Positions 19,143-28,423 of a DNA stretch of 64,000 bases are shown here, in pieces. The stretch comes from Bacilli bacterium (GTDB taxonomy: Bacteria > Bacillota_I > Bacilli_A > RF39 > UBA660). The translations under genes were made by a program, and so were the position numbers. Location: positions 2,656 to 66,655 of the forward strand of contig JBJEEB010000041.1 in assembly GCA_051872655.1 (NCBI GenBank), written 5' to 3'. A model generated the notes under the pieces. The model saw only the letters and a program-made list of their open reading frames with translations, did not search any database and was not told the DNA's origin. Every line of letters starts with the position of its first letter. Position 1 is the first letter of the stretch.

Positions 19143-19172
19143 ATTAAAAAAGCAAGGATAATTACTTATCCC
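19143..19172 (-). terminator. Putative rho-independent terminator after the M16 peptidase pair
   Basis: 6-bp G/C-anchored stem ggataa/ttatcc with a 4-nt loop. It is followed on the minus-strand transcript by UUGCUUUUUU. Confidence 0.4.
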
Positions 19173-19197
19173 TATTTTTATTTATAATAATACCAAA

Positions 19198-20445
19198 CTA
19201 TTTATTTTTTCTATAAAAAACACAATAATTAGAAAAATCAATGTTATTAATAATTTTTACATATTCATCATAATTAAAACTACTTATTACATCAATATCA
19301 TCTTCTTCAGCATATCCAAATAATATAAAATTATCCTCTATTGGACTAACATAATTACATATACTATCCTTTCTAACAGAAATATGAGTAATAGCATTCT
19401 TCTTAGCAAGTTCAAATAATTCTTTTTCTTCAATATTTCTATTATTAATAGTAGATAATACCATATTTTCAAATTCATTCATTTTTGAAGTAAAAGCAAT
19501 AACATCAATCACATAGTAGCCATTACAATGATATAAAGACCCAGATATATCATCTATATAATTAGAATCATTATTTATATACTCATTAATTTTTGAATAC
19601 ATAGAAAAGTTAATTTCTAAGAAAAAATTCAAATACCAATCCAATTTATATTTATCAAAACTAGATAAATTACTAACATCAATTTTAAAAGATAAAATAA
19701 CTTCATCCATTAAATCAGAATTATAAACAGTATTCTTCTTAACAATTTCTTTCTTATCTATAATTCTAGGAAGGATTCTATTACATTTAAAATTCATATT
19801 ATCATAAAACTTTTTAATTATATTTAATACATTTTCATAATCAAAATTACCCGCAACAACTAAAAATTGATTACATGGAATATAAATACTATCATATATA
19901 TTTTTCAATTCATTTATAGTAATATTATCAACACTACTTTTACTACCGAGAGTTTTTCTATTAATACTAAATAGCCCACCCAACTTCTTAAAAATAATCT
20001 TTTTTCTCACATCATTTTTTTCATCCCTAATTTCACTAAAAATAGCCATCTTAGTTTTATTAAGTCTTTCCCTAGTAAATACTACATTATATATACCATT
20101 TAAAAATACTTCTAAACATTCATAAAAATTATTCACAGTATTAAAATAATAAGAAGTAGTTTCACTATTAGTACCGGCATTACAACTTAAAATATTATTT
20201 TTTCTTAAATTATCAATTAAATTACCATCTATGGTATTTTCACATACATAATGTTCAAGCAAATGTGCACTACCATCTTTAATTTTCTTTTTACTACCAG
20301 TATAATCTACATAATCAGTATAGTTACCACCAAAAAAATTATATAGTTCTACATGATTAGTAGTCTTACTATAATCAGTATATATAAGAATAGTAAGACC
20401 ATTATCTAAAGTAATAAATTTAGCTTTATTCATCATCATCACCAA
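19198..20445 (-). CDS. M16-family zinc metallopeptidase (pitrilysin/insulinase-like), catalytically competent subunit
   Basis: Inverted zinc-binding motif HxxEH (GSAHLLEHYVCEN) and the downstream Glu-containing block (FSEIRDE); 415 aa. Confidence 0.7.
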   Translation of the reverse strand: MVMMMNKAKFITLDNGLTILIYTDYSKTTNHVELYNFFGGNYTDYVDYTGSKKKIKDGSAHLLEHYVCENTIDGNLIDNLRKNNILSCNAGTNSETTSYYFNTVNNFYECLEVFLNGIYNVVFTRERLNKTKMAIFSEIRDEKNDVRKKIIFKKLGGLFSINRKTLGSKSSVDNITINELKNIYDSIYIPCNQFLVVAGNFDYENVLNIIKKFYDNMNFKCNRILPRIIDKKEIVKKNTVYNSDLMDEVILSFKIDVSNLSSFDKYKLDWYLNFFLEINFSMYSKINEYINNDSNYIDDISGSLYHCNGYYVIDVIAFTSKMNEFENMVLSTINNRNIEEKELFELAKKNAITHISVRKDSICNYVSPIEDNFILFGYAEEDDIDVISSFNYDEYVKIINNIDFSNYCVFYRKNK

Positions 20446-21667
20446 CTCCTATATATTTACTTACCAAAACAAGTCTATTATCAACAAAATCTTTAACTTC
20501 ACTAGCAGTAATATTTTTAATAACATCATAATATTTCTTATCAAGATATTCTAAATATTTATCAACATAAGAAAATAAAATAGATCCCAAATATTCTTTA
20601 TCAAGTTCACTGTCAACCCTCGCTTTTTCCACAAATAATGGAAGTTTACTGTCAATATAAGTAATATCAGAAATACTTTTCATAGCTTTATCATATATTT
20701 CAAACACCCTATCAACATTACTATTCCCAGTGAAAGAAACAAGAGTAAGTGTACCAAAATCATAATTATAAGCACCTGTTCTATATACTAAATCATTATC
20801 CTTTCTTAAATAATTAAATAAAATATTAGAATTACTTGAACTTAAAAGTTCTTTAACAATACTAAGTAAAACAGTGTCTTTATAATTATTCATATTTCTT
20901 ACTTTATAATTACAATAAACTCCAGTTGTAGAAAAATTTGTCTTTTCTCTTACAACTAACACCTCATCTGGAATATCTTTAACATAAATAAAATAATCTT
21001 TTTTAAATTTAATATTACTGACCTTATTATCAAGAAGAATCTCCTTAATTAACTTTTTAGACTTAATTTCATCAACATTACCTATTAAAAATACCAAAGG
21101 AGGATTACTAATAATATTTTTATAAAAATCATATAAATTCTTACCATTAATATTATCAAGTAAAGACAAATCTTTAAATACTGGTGAAATAATATAATTA
21201 TCTTCATCAATTAAAAGTTCATTTTTATAATTATAGTAGCCATCATAATTTTTAAGTTTTCTTTTAACTTTTTCTTTATATAATTTTATAGTTTCTTCTA
21301 CTTTACTTTCAGGAAAAATACCATCTTCTAAATAAGGATTAAAAATCATTTCCTTAGCAAACATCAAATTATCTTCAAGAACATCTTCCTTTAAACTATC
21401 ATAGCAAGGATAACTCAAAGTGAACTCTAAAAAAGCATTATTACCAATAAAAGAAATCTTACCATCATAAGATAAACAATAATTATTAATATTAGCTACC
21501 GCTATTTTTCTTTTTGTATTATACTTCGTACTCCTATCAAAAATAATATTACCAAGTATTTTTAAGTATTCTTCATTATATTCATTTATAGGAAAAGAAA
21601 TAAACAACATACATTTCTTAAAATCAGTATTCTTAATTATTATAGGTTCATTATTTTTATTAAACAT
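20426..21667 (-). CDS. M16-family peptidase homologue lacking the HxxEH motif (non-catalytic partner subunit)
   Basis: Same length and architecture as the downstream M16 gene (413 aa) but no HxxEH. It overlaps it by 20 nt. This is the classic active/inactive M16B pair arrangement. Confidence 0.5.
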   Translation of the reverse strand: MFNKNNEPIIIKNTDFKKCMLFISFPINEYNEEYLKILGNIIFDRSTKYNTKRKIAVANINNYCLSYDGKISFIGNNAFLEFTLSYPCYDSLKEDVLEDNLMFAKEMIFNPYLEDGIFPESKVEETIKLYKEKVKRKLKNYDGYYNYKNELLIDEDNYIISPVFKDLSLLDNINGKNLYDFYKNIISNPPLVFLIGNVDEIKSKKLIKEILLDNKVSNIKFKKDYFIYVKDIPDEVLVVREKTNFSTTGVYCNYKVRNMNNYKDTVLLSIVKELLSSSNSNILFNYLRKDNDLVYRTGAYNYDFGTLTLVSFTGNSNVDRVFEIYDKAMKSISDITYIDSKLPLFVEKARVDSELDKEYLGSILFSYVDKYLEYLDKKYYDVIKNITASEVKDFVDNRLVLVSKYIGVGDDDE

Positions 21668-21782
21668 ATATATACCTCCAAAATCTATAAAAATTATATT
21701 TTAATAAAAAGGTTTTGTCAATATAGGTATATTCCCATACACATATTAATCAGTATCATAACCTATTTTAGGAGGGAAAATA

Positions 21783-22286
21783 ATGAATAATTTTAACGAT
21801 TATTATAATTATTTAAACAATAACTATAATGATATGAATTTTATGACAGATTCAAATAATATGATCTATGACATGAATACTATGACAGCATTTCCAAATA
21901 CTTTTATGATGCCAAATAATAATATAAGTGATAATTCCAATATAACAGATTCACAAACTGGTTTTAAAAGAGGTAACTTATTTAACAATCTATATAGCGA
22001 ATATAAAAACTATAAACCAAATGATTTAAAAGCAAATAGTGAAAGAGAAGATTTAATCATGCAAATTGATGAACAGAGATTTGCAATTATTGAAATGAAC
22101 CTATATCTAGATATATATCCAAATGATAAAAATGCATTAAATAAATTCAATAATTACCTAAGAAAAGAAAAAGAATTAATAAATTTATATGAAAGTAAAT
22201 ATGGTCCAATGACAATATCAAGTCCTGTTCAAACAGATAATTGGCTTTGGAATAATTCACCATGGCCATGGGAGGTGCAAAACTAA
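21783..22286 (+). CDS. cotJB: Spore coat peptide assembly protein: CotJA-like N-terminal half fused to CotJB
   Basis: The C-terminal half REDLIMQIDEQRFAIIEMNLYLDIYPNDKNALNKFNNYLRKEKELINLYESKYGPMTISS...NSPWPWEVQN matches CotJB (ELNLYLDTHP...YGPL...PWPW). The N-terminal half has the CotJA-like GTLFPELY-type motif (FKRGNLFNNLYSEYKNYKP). The stop overlaps the cotJC start by 25 nt. Confidence 0.7.
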   Translation: MNNFNDYYNYLNNNYNDMNFMTDSNNMIYDMNTMTAFPNTFMMPNNNISDNSNITDSQTGFKRGNLFNNLYSEYKNYKPNDLKANSEREDLIMQIDEQRFAIIEMNLYLDIYPNDKNALNKFNNYLRKEKELINLYESKYGPMTISSPVQTDNWLWNNSPWPWEVQN

Positions 22287-22843
22287 TGTGGAAATATGTT
22301 AAATCACTAGAATATCCTATTAATATTAAAAGAAAAGATATAAAAATGGCAAAATACTTAGTTACACAATATGGTGGACCAAATGGAGAACTAGCTGCTG
22401 CATGGAGATACTTAAACCAAAGATATACTATGCCAGATGACAAAGGAAAAGCACTTCTTACTGATATAGGAACAGAAGAACTTGCTCATGTTGAAATGAT
22501 ATCCGCAATGGTATATCAATTATTAAGTGGAGCCACAATGAAAGAATTAAAAGAAGCAGGATTAGAATCACATTATGCTGAGCATGGAAAGAGTTTATAT
22601 CCAACAAATGCTGATGGAATACCATTTACTGTAGCATATTTTGCTTCAACAGGAGATCCAATTGCAGACTTATCAGAAGATATGGCAGCAGAACAAAAAG
22701 CAAGAGCTACATATGAAAACCTAATTAATTTAACTGATGACCCAGATGTCATAGGACCACTTCTATTCTTAAGACAAAGAGAAATTATACATTTTACTAG
22801 ATTTAAAGAATTATATGATGAATATAGAAAAAAATATAAATAA
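22262..22843 (+). CDS. cotJC: Spore coat protein CotJC (manganese catalase / ferritin-like family)
   Basis: Near-identical blocks to B. subtilis CotJC as I recall it: AKYLVTQYGGPNGELAAAWRYLNQRYTMPD, LLTDIGTEELAHVEMI, DPIADLSEDMAAEQKARATY. Confidence 0.85.
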   Translation: MAMGGAKLMWKYVKSLEYPINIKRKDIKMAKYLVTQYGGPNGELAAAWRYLNQRYTMPDDKGKALLTDIGTEELAHVEMISAMVYQLLSGATMKELKEAGLESHYAEHGKSLYPTNADGIPFTVAYFASTGDPIADLSEDMAAEQKARATYENLINLTDDPDVIGPLLFLRQREIIHFTRFKELYDEYRKKYK

Positions 22844-22848
22844 CATTA

Positions 22849-22877
22849 AATACCTACATACCTAGGTATTTTTTATA
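22849..22877 (+). terminator. Rho-independent terminator after cotJC (between the convergent cotJC and typA)
   Basis: aataccta / taggtatt 8-bp stem with a 6-nt loop, followed by tttttat. Confidence 0.55.
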
Positions 22878-22889
22878 TTAAAAAAGAAG

Positions 22890-24698
22890 TTATTTCTTTG
22901 CATCAAACTTCTTTCTTAATTCAGTATTTAAAATAAACTTTCTAAGTCTAATATTTTGTGGGGTAATTTCAACAAGTTCATCGCTATTTATATAATCTAG
23001 ACAATACTCCAAAGTAAGAGGTCTAGGTCTTTTTAATACGACAGTATGGTCAGATCCAGATGCTCTAGTATTAGTAAGTTGTTTACCCTTAACTACATTA
23101 ATAGCTAAATCATTTTCCCTATTACATTCACCAACAATCATACCTTCATATACTTCAGTACCAGGTTCAATAAACATTACTCCCCTATCTTCTAATTGTC
23201 CTAAAGCATAGGCAGTAGCTTTACCAGCTTCAGTAGATACCAAAACACCAACTTTTCTTTCAGTAGAACTTATATCTTCAACAGGTAAATACTCTTTAAA
23301 ACTATGATTTAAAATACCATAACCTCTAGTTAAAGTCATAAAATTAGTATTAAAGCCAATTAATCCTCTTGAAGGAATAGTATAGTTAAGTCTAATTAAA
23401 TTATTAACATTAGACATATTTTCCATTTTACCACCACGTAAACCTAATGCCTCAATAACATTACCCACACAGTCATCACTAACTTCAATTTGAACATCCT
23501 CATAAGGTTCACATTTAACACCATCAATCTCTTTTATAATAACCTCAGGTTTAGACACTTGAAGTTCAAATCCTTCTCTTCTTAAATTTTCAATTAAAAT
23601 AGATAAATGAAGTTCTCCTCTACCAGAAACAGTCCAAGATTCATTACTAGCTTCCTCAACTTTTAAACTAACATCCCTTTGAGTTTCTTTAAATAATCTC
23701 TCTCCTATTTTTCTAGCGGTAACAATTTTACCCTCTCTACCAACAAATGGACTATTATTAACCATAAAAGTCATCTTCAAAGTAGGTTCATCAATTCTAA
23801 GTATAGGTAGTGCTTTCTCCTTACCAATATTACAAACAGTCTCGCCAACAGAAATATCCATAAGTCCAGCAACAGCAACTATATCTCCAGCATCAGCCTC
23901 ATTAATTTCAATTCTCTTAAGTCCTTCAAAACCAAATAATTTTTGAATTCTAAATTGTTTTATGCTACCATCTAATCTAACACAAGAAACCATTTCATTA
24001 ACTTTAATAGTACCACTATGAACCTTACCAATACCTATTCTACCAACATATTCATTATAATCTAAAAGTGCTGGTTGAAATTGTAAATCACCTTCTATAT
24101 TAGCGTTAGGTTCAGGTATTTCATCAATTATTAATTTAAAAATATCATCATAGTTTTCACTTTGCGTACTAATATCAGGATCTAAACTAGCAGTCCCATT
24201 TAAAGCACTAACATATGCAACTTTAAAATCAAGTTGTTCTTCACTAGCACCAAGTTCAATAAATAAATCAATTACTTCATCTAATACTTTATCAACTCTT
24301 GCAGTAGGCTTATCAACCTTATTAATAACAACAATAGGTTTAACACCAGCTTCTAGAGCCTTCTTTAAAACAAATCTAGTCTGTGGCATTGTACCTTCAT
24401 ATGCATCAACAAGTAAAAGTACACCATCCACCATATTCATAATTCTTTCTACTTCACCGCCAAAGTCAGCATGACCTGGAGTATCCAATATATTAATTTT
24501 ATATCCATTATAATGAATTGAAGTAGTTTTAGCAAGGATAGTAATACCTCTTTCTCTTTCAATATCATTAGAATCCATAGCTCTAACTTCTACTTGTTCA
24601 TTATCCCTAAAAGTACCAGATTTCTTAAGTAATTGATCAACCAAAGTAGTTTTACCATGATCAACATGAGCAATAATAGCAATATTTCTAATTTTCAT
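22890..24698 (-). CDS. typA: Translational GTPase TypA/BipA
   Basis: MKIRNIAIIAHVDHGKTTLVDQLL, DTPGHADFGGEVER, NKVDK, EF-G-like domains; ~600 aa. I place the start at ATG 24696-24698. Confidence 0.9.
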   Translation of the reverse strand: MKIRNIAIIAHVDHGKTTLVDQLLKKSGTFRDNEQVEVRAMDSNDIERERGITILAKTTSIHYNGYKINILDTPGHADFGGEVERIMNMVDGVLLLVDAYEGTMPQTRFVLKKALEAGVKPIVVINKVDKPTARVDKVLDEVIDLFIELGASEEQLDFKVAYVSALNGTASLDPDISTQSENYDDIFKLIIDEIPEPNANIEGDLQFQPALLDYNEYVGRIGIGKVHSGTIKVNEMVSCVRLDGSIKQFRIQKLFGFEGLKRIEINEADAGDIVAVAGLMDISVGETVCNIGKEKALPILRIDEPTLKMTFMVNNSPFVGREGKIVTARKIGERLFKETQRDVSLKVEEASNESWTVSGRGELHLSILIENLRREGFELQVSKPEVIIKEIDGVKCEPYEDVQIEVSDDCVGNVIEALGLRGGKMENMSNVNNLIRLNYTIPSRGLIGFNTNFMTLTRGYGILNHSFKEYLPVEDISSTERKVGVLVSTEAGKATAYALGQLEDRGVMFIEPGTEVYEGMIVGECNRENDLAINVVKGKQLTNTRASGSDHTVVLKRPRPLTLEYCLDYINSDELVEITPQNIRLRKFILNTELRKKFDAKK

Positions 24699-24827
24699 AA
24701 AATACACCTTCTTTTTTTCACAAGTCATAATTATATCACTAAATTATCTTTTTGAGAAGAATTTTAATAAAAAAAAGAAAAAAATACCTAAAAATAGGTA
24801 TTAAATAATAATTATAAATATACTTTA

Positions 24828-25406
24828 TTACTTTTCCTTATTATTCTTCTTATAATCAATAAAATCTAAAATAATCATAATAATTATATATACTCCAACT
24901 ACTTTAAATAAAATATACATAACACTCTTCGGTACAAATATTAAAAGTATACCAAGCACTATTGAAATAATTGATACAATTAGATTACCAGTAATCTTTC
25001 TATCAAAATATTTAGTAATACTACTCGTAGCCATAATAAATAATAATAAACTAACAAGTACCGGAAGCATTTCTAAAAATAAAAAGTCTCCATACTTAAA
25101 TACAAACATAGCTATCCATACACACATAATACCAACAATTAAACTAGAATAATTTCTTTTAATATAATCCTTTTCCATAATAAAACTAATTAACTGTACC
25201 ACTGCAATAATAGCAAATATTACAACAAACAAATAATTAATTGTACTAAGTAATTCTTCAGTAGCAAATATAAGTACAATACCAATAACTAATCCAAGTA
25301 GATAATAAAATACCTCCGAAACATAATTAGTCTTTCTATTATCTTCTTTTTCAATTTTTTCTAATACTACAACTTCTTCTTCATTTTCTTTTTTCTTTCT
25401 TCCCAT
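24828..25406 (-). CDS. HdeD/DUF308-like small membrane protein
   Basis: Six TM helices with repeated G-[IV]-L-L-I-x-x-P-type motifs (LGILLIFVPKS). Confidence 0.45.
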   Translation of the reverse strand: MGRKKKENEEEVVVLEKIEKEDNRKTNYVSEVFYYLLGLVIGIVLIFATEELLSTINYLFVVIFAIIAVVQLISFIMEKDYIKRNYSSLIVGIMCVWIAMFVFKYGDFLFLEMLPVLVSLLLFIMATSSITKYFDRKITGNLIVSIISIVLGILLIFVPKSVMYILFKVVGVYIIIMIILDFIDYKKNNKEK

Positions 25407-25436
25407 TATAACACCTTCCTTTATAATTATATAATA

Positions 25437-25476
25437 ATTAAAACAAAAAGGAAAGACCTAAGTATTATCTTTCCTT
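25437..25476 (-). terminator. Rho-independent terminator downstream of cdaR
   Basis: Perfect 10-bp stem aaaggaaaga / tctttccttt (25446-25455 / 25467-25476). A U-rich tract follows on the minus-strand transcript. Confidence 0.45.
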
Positions 25477-25636
25477 TTCAAATAACTATTTAACTTAATA
25501 TAAGTAATATTCTGACTCATCTCATCAAATATATCATCTACTAGTACATATCCCATATATTATCCTCCTTTTCTATAGGATAACACATATTTACATACTT
25601 TACATCACATTCGACAAAACTTGTCAATATAAGACA

Positions 25637-27043
25637 TTAACTCTTAGTAATTCTTACCTTTATTGTAGTAGTCTTAGCAAAATAACTTGCTTTAACTTCA
25701 TCACCAACAACATTAACTTTAACAGTATGTTCTCCTTCACCTAATCCAGACAAATCAACAGTAGCTTTAATAGTAGTATTATCAATTGCATCAAGTACTT
25801 CTTGTGTACCTTTAACAATAACCGTTGTTTTAGAAGAATTCTCACCTATTGCACCAGCCTTTAAATTTGGTCCAAGATTAATAGCATCTATTTTAATATC
25901 TTCTACTTCAATACTCTTTTCTTCTCCAAGTGAAACCTTAACAGTAATAGTCTTTTCAGATACTTCTCTTACTCCTTCTGGCTTAGGTACTACAATAGTA
26001 TAAGTTTTATTTTCAGAAAGACCAGTAACATCAACTTCAACAGGAATATAAGATTCTATATACTTACTAACAATTTCTTGATCACCATAAATACTAATCT
26101 CATTGACTGAAGAACTAATAGAACTGATAGCCTTACCAAAAGCAACGTTACCCTTAGGTATAACTTTTATTTTAGCAGTACCACTATAAGATTCAATATT
26201 AATAGTAGCAGTAACTTTTTCAGGTACAATTTCAACATCAACAACATTACCATATTTATCATATGCTACAAGTTTAACATCCTTAAGAGTATTAACTCCT
26301 GAAGTAGGATCAACAAGTTCACCAACATCCACTAAAGCTTTTACAGTAGCAACATTATTAATATTATGTATAGATTTTTCATCTTCTGTACCTTTTATTA
26401 TAACTTCATCTTTATCAATAGTAACAGATTGTATTGATAATTTACTATCTAATCTATCTTTATTAATTACATCTACAGTAATTGACTTAGTCGCAGATAC
26501 TTTAGGATAAACATTAACAGTAATTGAAGAAGGATCTAATTTATAATTAACAGAATTAATTGGACTTTCATAATTTAATTCAATCTTATGAGTTCCCTCT
26601 TTTAAATTAGATAAGTCAGCAGTTACTTTTCCAGTAGATAATTGTTTAGCTAAATATAAATCAACAGTTCTACCAATTAAAGTAACATCAGCAGTCTCAG
26701 GCAATCCCTCAATAATATAAGCTTCTTTATTATATGTAACATCAACCACTTGATTATGTAGTACCTCTGCTGCACTATCAATAACATTACTAGCTTGACT
26801 ATCAACATAAAAGAATATTAATAGTGACATTAACAAAGATAAAAATATCAAAGTATTTCTCTTGTTTAGCCATCTTTCAAATTTTCCTGCACCCTTATCA
26901 ACTTTTTCACCAATAAACAAAGCAAATTTAGTAATTGGAGTTACAATAAACTTATCTATAAAACTAGCTACTCTTCTAAATATATTCTTAAATACCTTAA
27001 TAATTTTTTTAAGCATCTTCATTATTATCATCCTCCTTTTCAT
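25637..27043 (-). CDS. cdaR: CdaA regulatory protein CdaR (YbbR-like domain repeats)
   Basis: N-terminal TM, then four repeated YbbR-type beta domains. It lies immediately downstream of and overlapping cdaA, which is the conserved cdaA-cdaR arrangement. Confidence 0.7.
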   Translation of the reverse strand: MKRRMIIMKMLKKIIKVFKNIFRRVASFIDKFIVTPITKFALFIGEKVDKGAGKFERWLNKRNTLIFLSLLMSLLIFFYVDSQASNVIDSAAEVLHNQVVDVTYNKEAYIIEGLPETADVTLIGRTVDLYLAKQLSTGKVTADLSNLKEGTHKIELNYESPINSVNYKLDPSSITVNVYPKVSATKSITVDVINKDRLDSKLSIQSVTIDKDEVIIKGTEDEKSIHNINNVATVKALVDVGELVDPTSGVNTLKDVKLVAYDKYGNVVDVEIVPEKVTATINIESYSGTAKIKVIPKGNVAFGKAISSISSSVNEISIYGDQEIVSKYIESYIPVEVDVTGLSENKTYTIVVPKPEGVREVSEKTITVKVSLGEEKSIEVEDIKIDAINLGPNLKAGAIGENSSKTTVIVKGTQEVLDAIDNTTIKATVDLSGLGEGEHTVKVNVVGDEVKASYFAKTTTIKVRITKS

Positions 27044-27839
27044 CTACAAATTCATCATCAAGAAGGACTTCTTTTTTAGGTTTTAATTCCTCTACTAAAA
27101 TCATTCTAGCATCATCTAGAGAAAGATTATAATTTAAATTACCATCTACAGCTATAGAAATTTTACCAGTTTCTTCACTAACAACAATAGCAATAGCATC
27201 AGACTCTTCACTTATTCCAATAGCAGCTCTATGTCTAGTACCAAGTTTCTTACTAATTTTACTATTTATACTAATTGGAAATACAGCACCAGCAGAAGTA
27301 ATTTTATTACCTTGAATTATAACACCACCATCATGAAGTGGATTTCTAGGGAAAAATATCGAAATAAGAAGTTCTGAAGAAATATCTCCATATATAGGCT
27401 TACTTCTTTCAATATATTCATTAAGACTAATATCTCTTTCAATTACTATAAGTGCCCCTATTCTTGATTTTCTAAGATAATCAACCGCAGACATAACCTC
27501 ATAAACAAGTTTTTCTCTTTCATCCAAAGTAAGTACTTTATGTCTACCAAGTAACTGTTTTCTACCAATATGTTCAAGAATACTCCTAATTTCAGGTTGA
27601 AATATAATAATAAGTGCCAAAGGTCCCCACATAATAACATACTCAAGAAGTAACCCTATTGTTGTCAAATTAAGTGTATCACTAAGTATCTTTATAATCA
27701 AAATAACAAGAACACCTTTAAATAATAATATAATCTTAACATTATTTTTAATATTCTTTAATATAAAATAAACAAGCATCCATACTAAAGAAATATCAAT
27801 AATTTTTTGTAATATAACTAATAAACTATTAATTGACAT
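27009..27839 (-). CDS. cdaA: Diadenylate cyclase CdaA (DisA_N/DAC domain, membrane-anchored)
   Basis: Three N-terminal TM helices. DAC motifs GALIVIERD, HDGGVII, RHRAAIGISEESDAIAIVVSEETGKISIA. Confidence 0.85.
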   Translation of the reverse strand: MSINSLLVILQKIIDISLVWMLVYFILKNIKNNVKIILLFKGVLVILIIKILSDTLNLTTIGLLLEYVIMWGPLALIIIFQPEIRSILEHIGRKQLLGRHKVLTLDEREKLVYEVMSAVDYLRKSRIGALIVIERDISLNEYIERSKPIYGDISSELLISIFFPRNPLHDGGVIIQGNKITSAGAVFPISINSKISKKLGTRHRAAIGISEESDAIAIVVSEETGKISIAVDGNLNYNLSLDDARMILVEELKPKKEVLLDDEFVDEKEDDNNEDA

Positions 27840-27853
27840 ATAATATCTCCCTT

Positions 27854-28348
27854 CTATTTAACCAAAGAAATAGCCCCTTCTACACATAAATAGCACAATA
27901 AAATTATTCCGCCAAATAAAAGTATCATATTGCTAACAAATCCAGAATTAGAATTAATTACTTTAGTTTTACCTTCCTCTTTTTTATTTTCCACCTTATT
28001 ATCCTCCATCAATTTATTTAAAAAATCACTCTTAGTCATAATTCCATAACACTTATACATAGATTTATCTTTTTCACCACTAAATAAATAATTTAACTTA
28101 TTTACATCATAATATGATAAAACAAAGCCAAAATCTTGATAAATCTTCTTTTTATTCTCAATATTTCTAGCAGTAATATTAATATAAGAAATATCATTTT
28201 CATCAATAATTAATGATAGTTTTTTTCCTATAATTTTAATATCAGTTTCACTAAAATTATATTCATCTTGAAATAAATAGATAGTATTATCACTAATATA
28301 ATAAGAAATATGATCAGTAAGTTTAACTTTTTTTATATTCTTCTTCAT
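27854..28348 (-). CDS. Hypothetical protein with a C-terminal TM anchor
   Basis: ORF only. Hydrophobic C-terminus ILLFGGIILLCYLCV. Confidence 0.4.
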   Translation of the reverse strand: MKKNIKKVKLTDHISYYISDNTIYLFQDEYNFSETDIKIIGKKLSLIIDENDISYINITARNIENKKKIYQDFGFVLSYYDVNKLNYLFSGEKDKSMYKCYGIMTKSDFLNKLMEDNKVENKKEEGKTKVINSNSGFVSNMILLFGGIILLCYLCVEGAISLVK

Positions 28349-28423
28349 AATTCTTAATTACCTTCCTATCTACTAATAATTTTATCATGTTACATACAAA
28401 ATTGCAAGAAAAAAAGAAGCAGT

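Noticed and set aside
22147-22443. 98-aa minus-strand ORF
   Set aside because: It lies antisense across the cotJB/cotJC junction, where both sense genes have strong homology. It has hydrophobic low-complexity composition typical of AT-rich antisense frames.
26862-27086. 74-aa plus-strand ORF
   Set aside because: It is antisense to the cdaA/cdaR overlap region.
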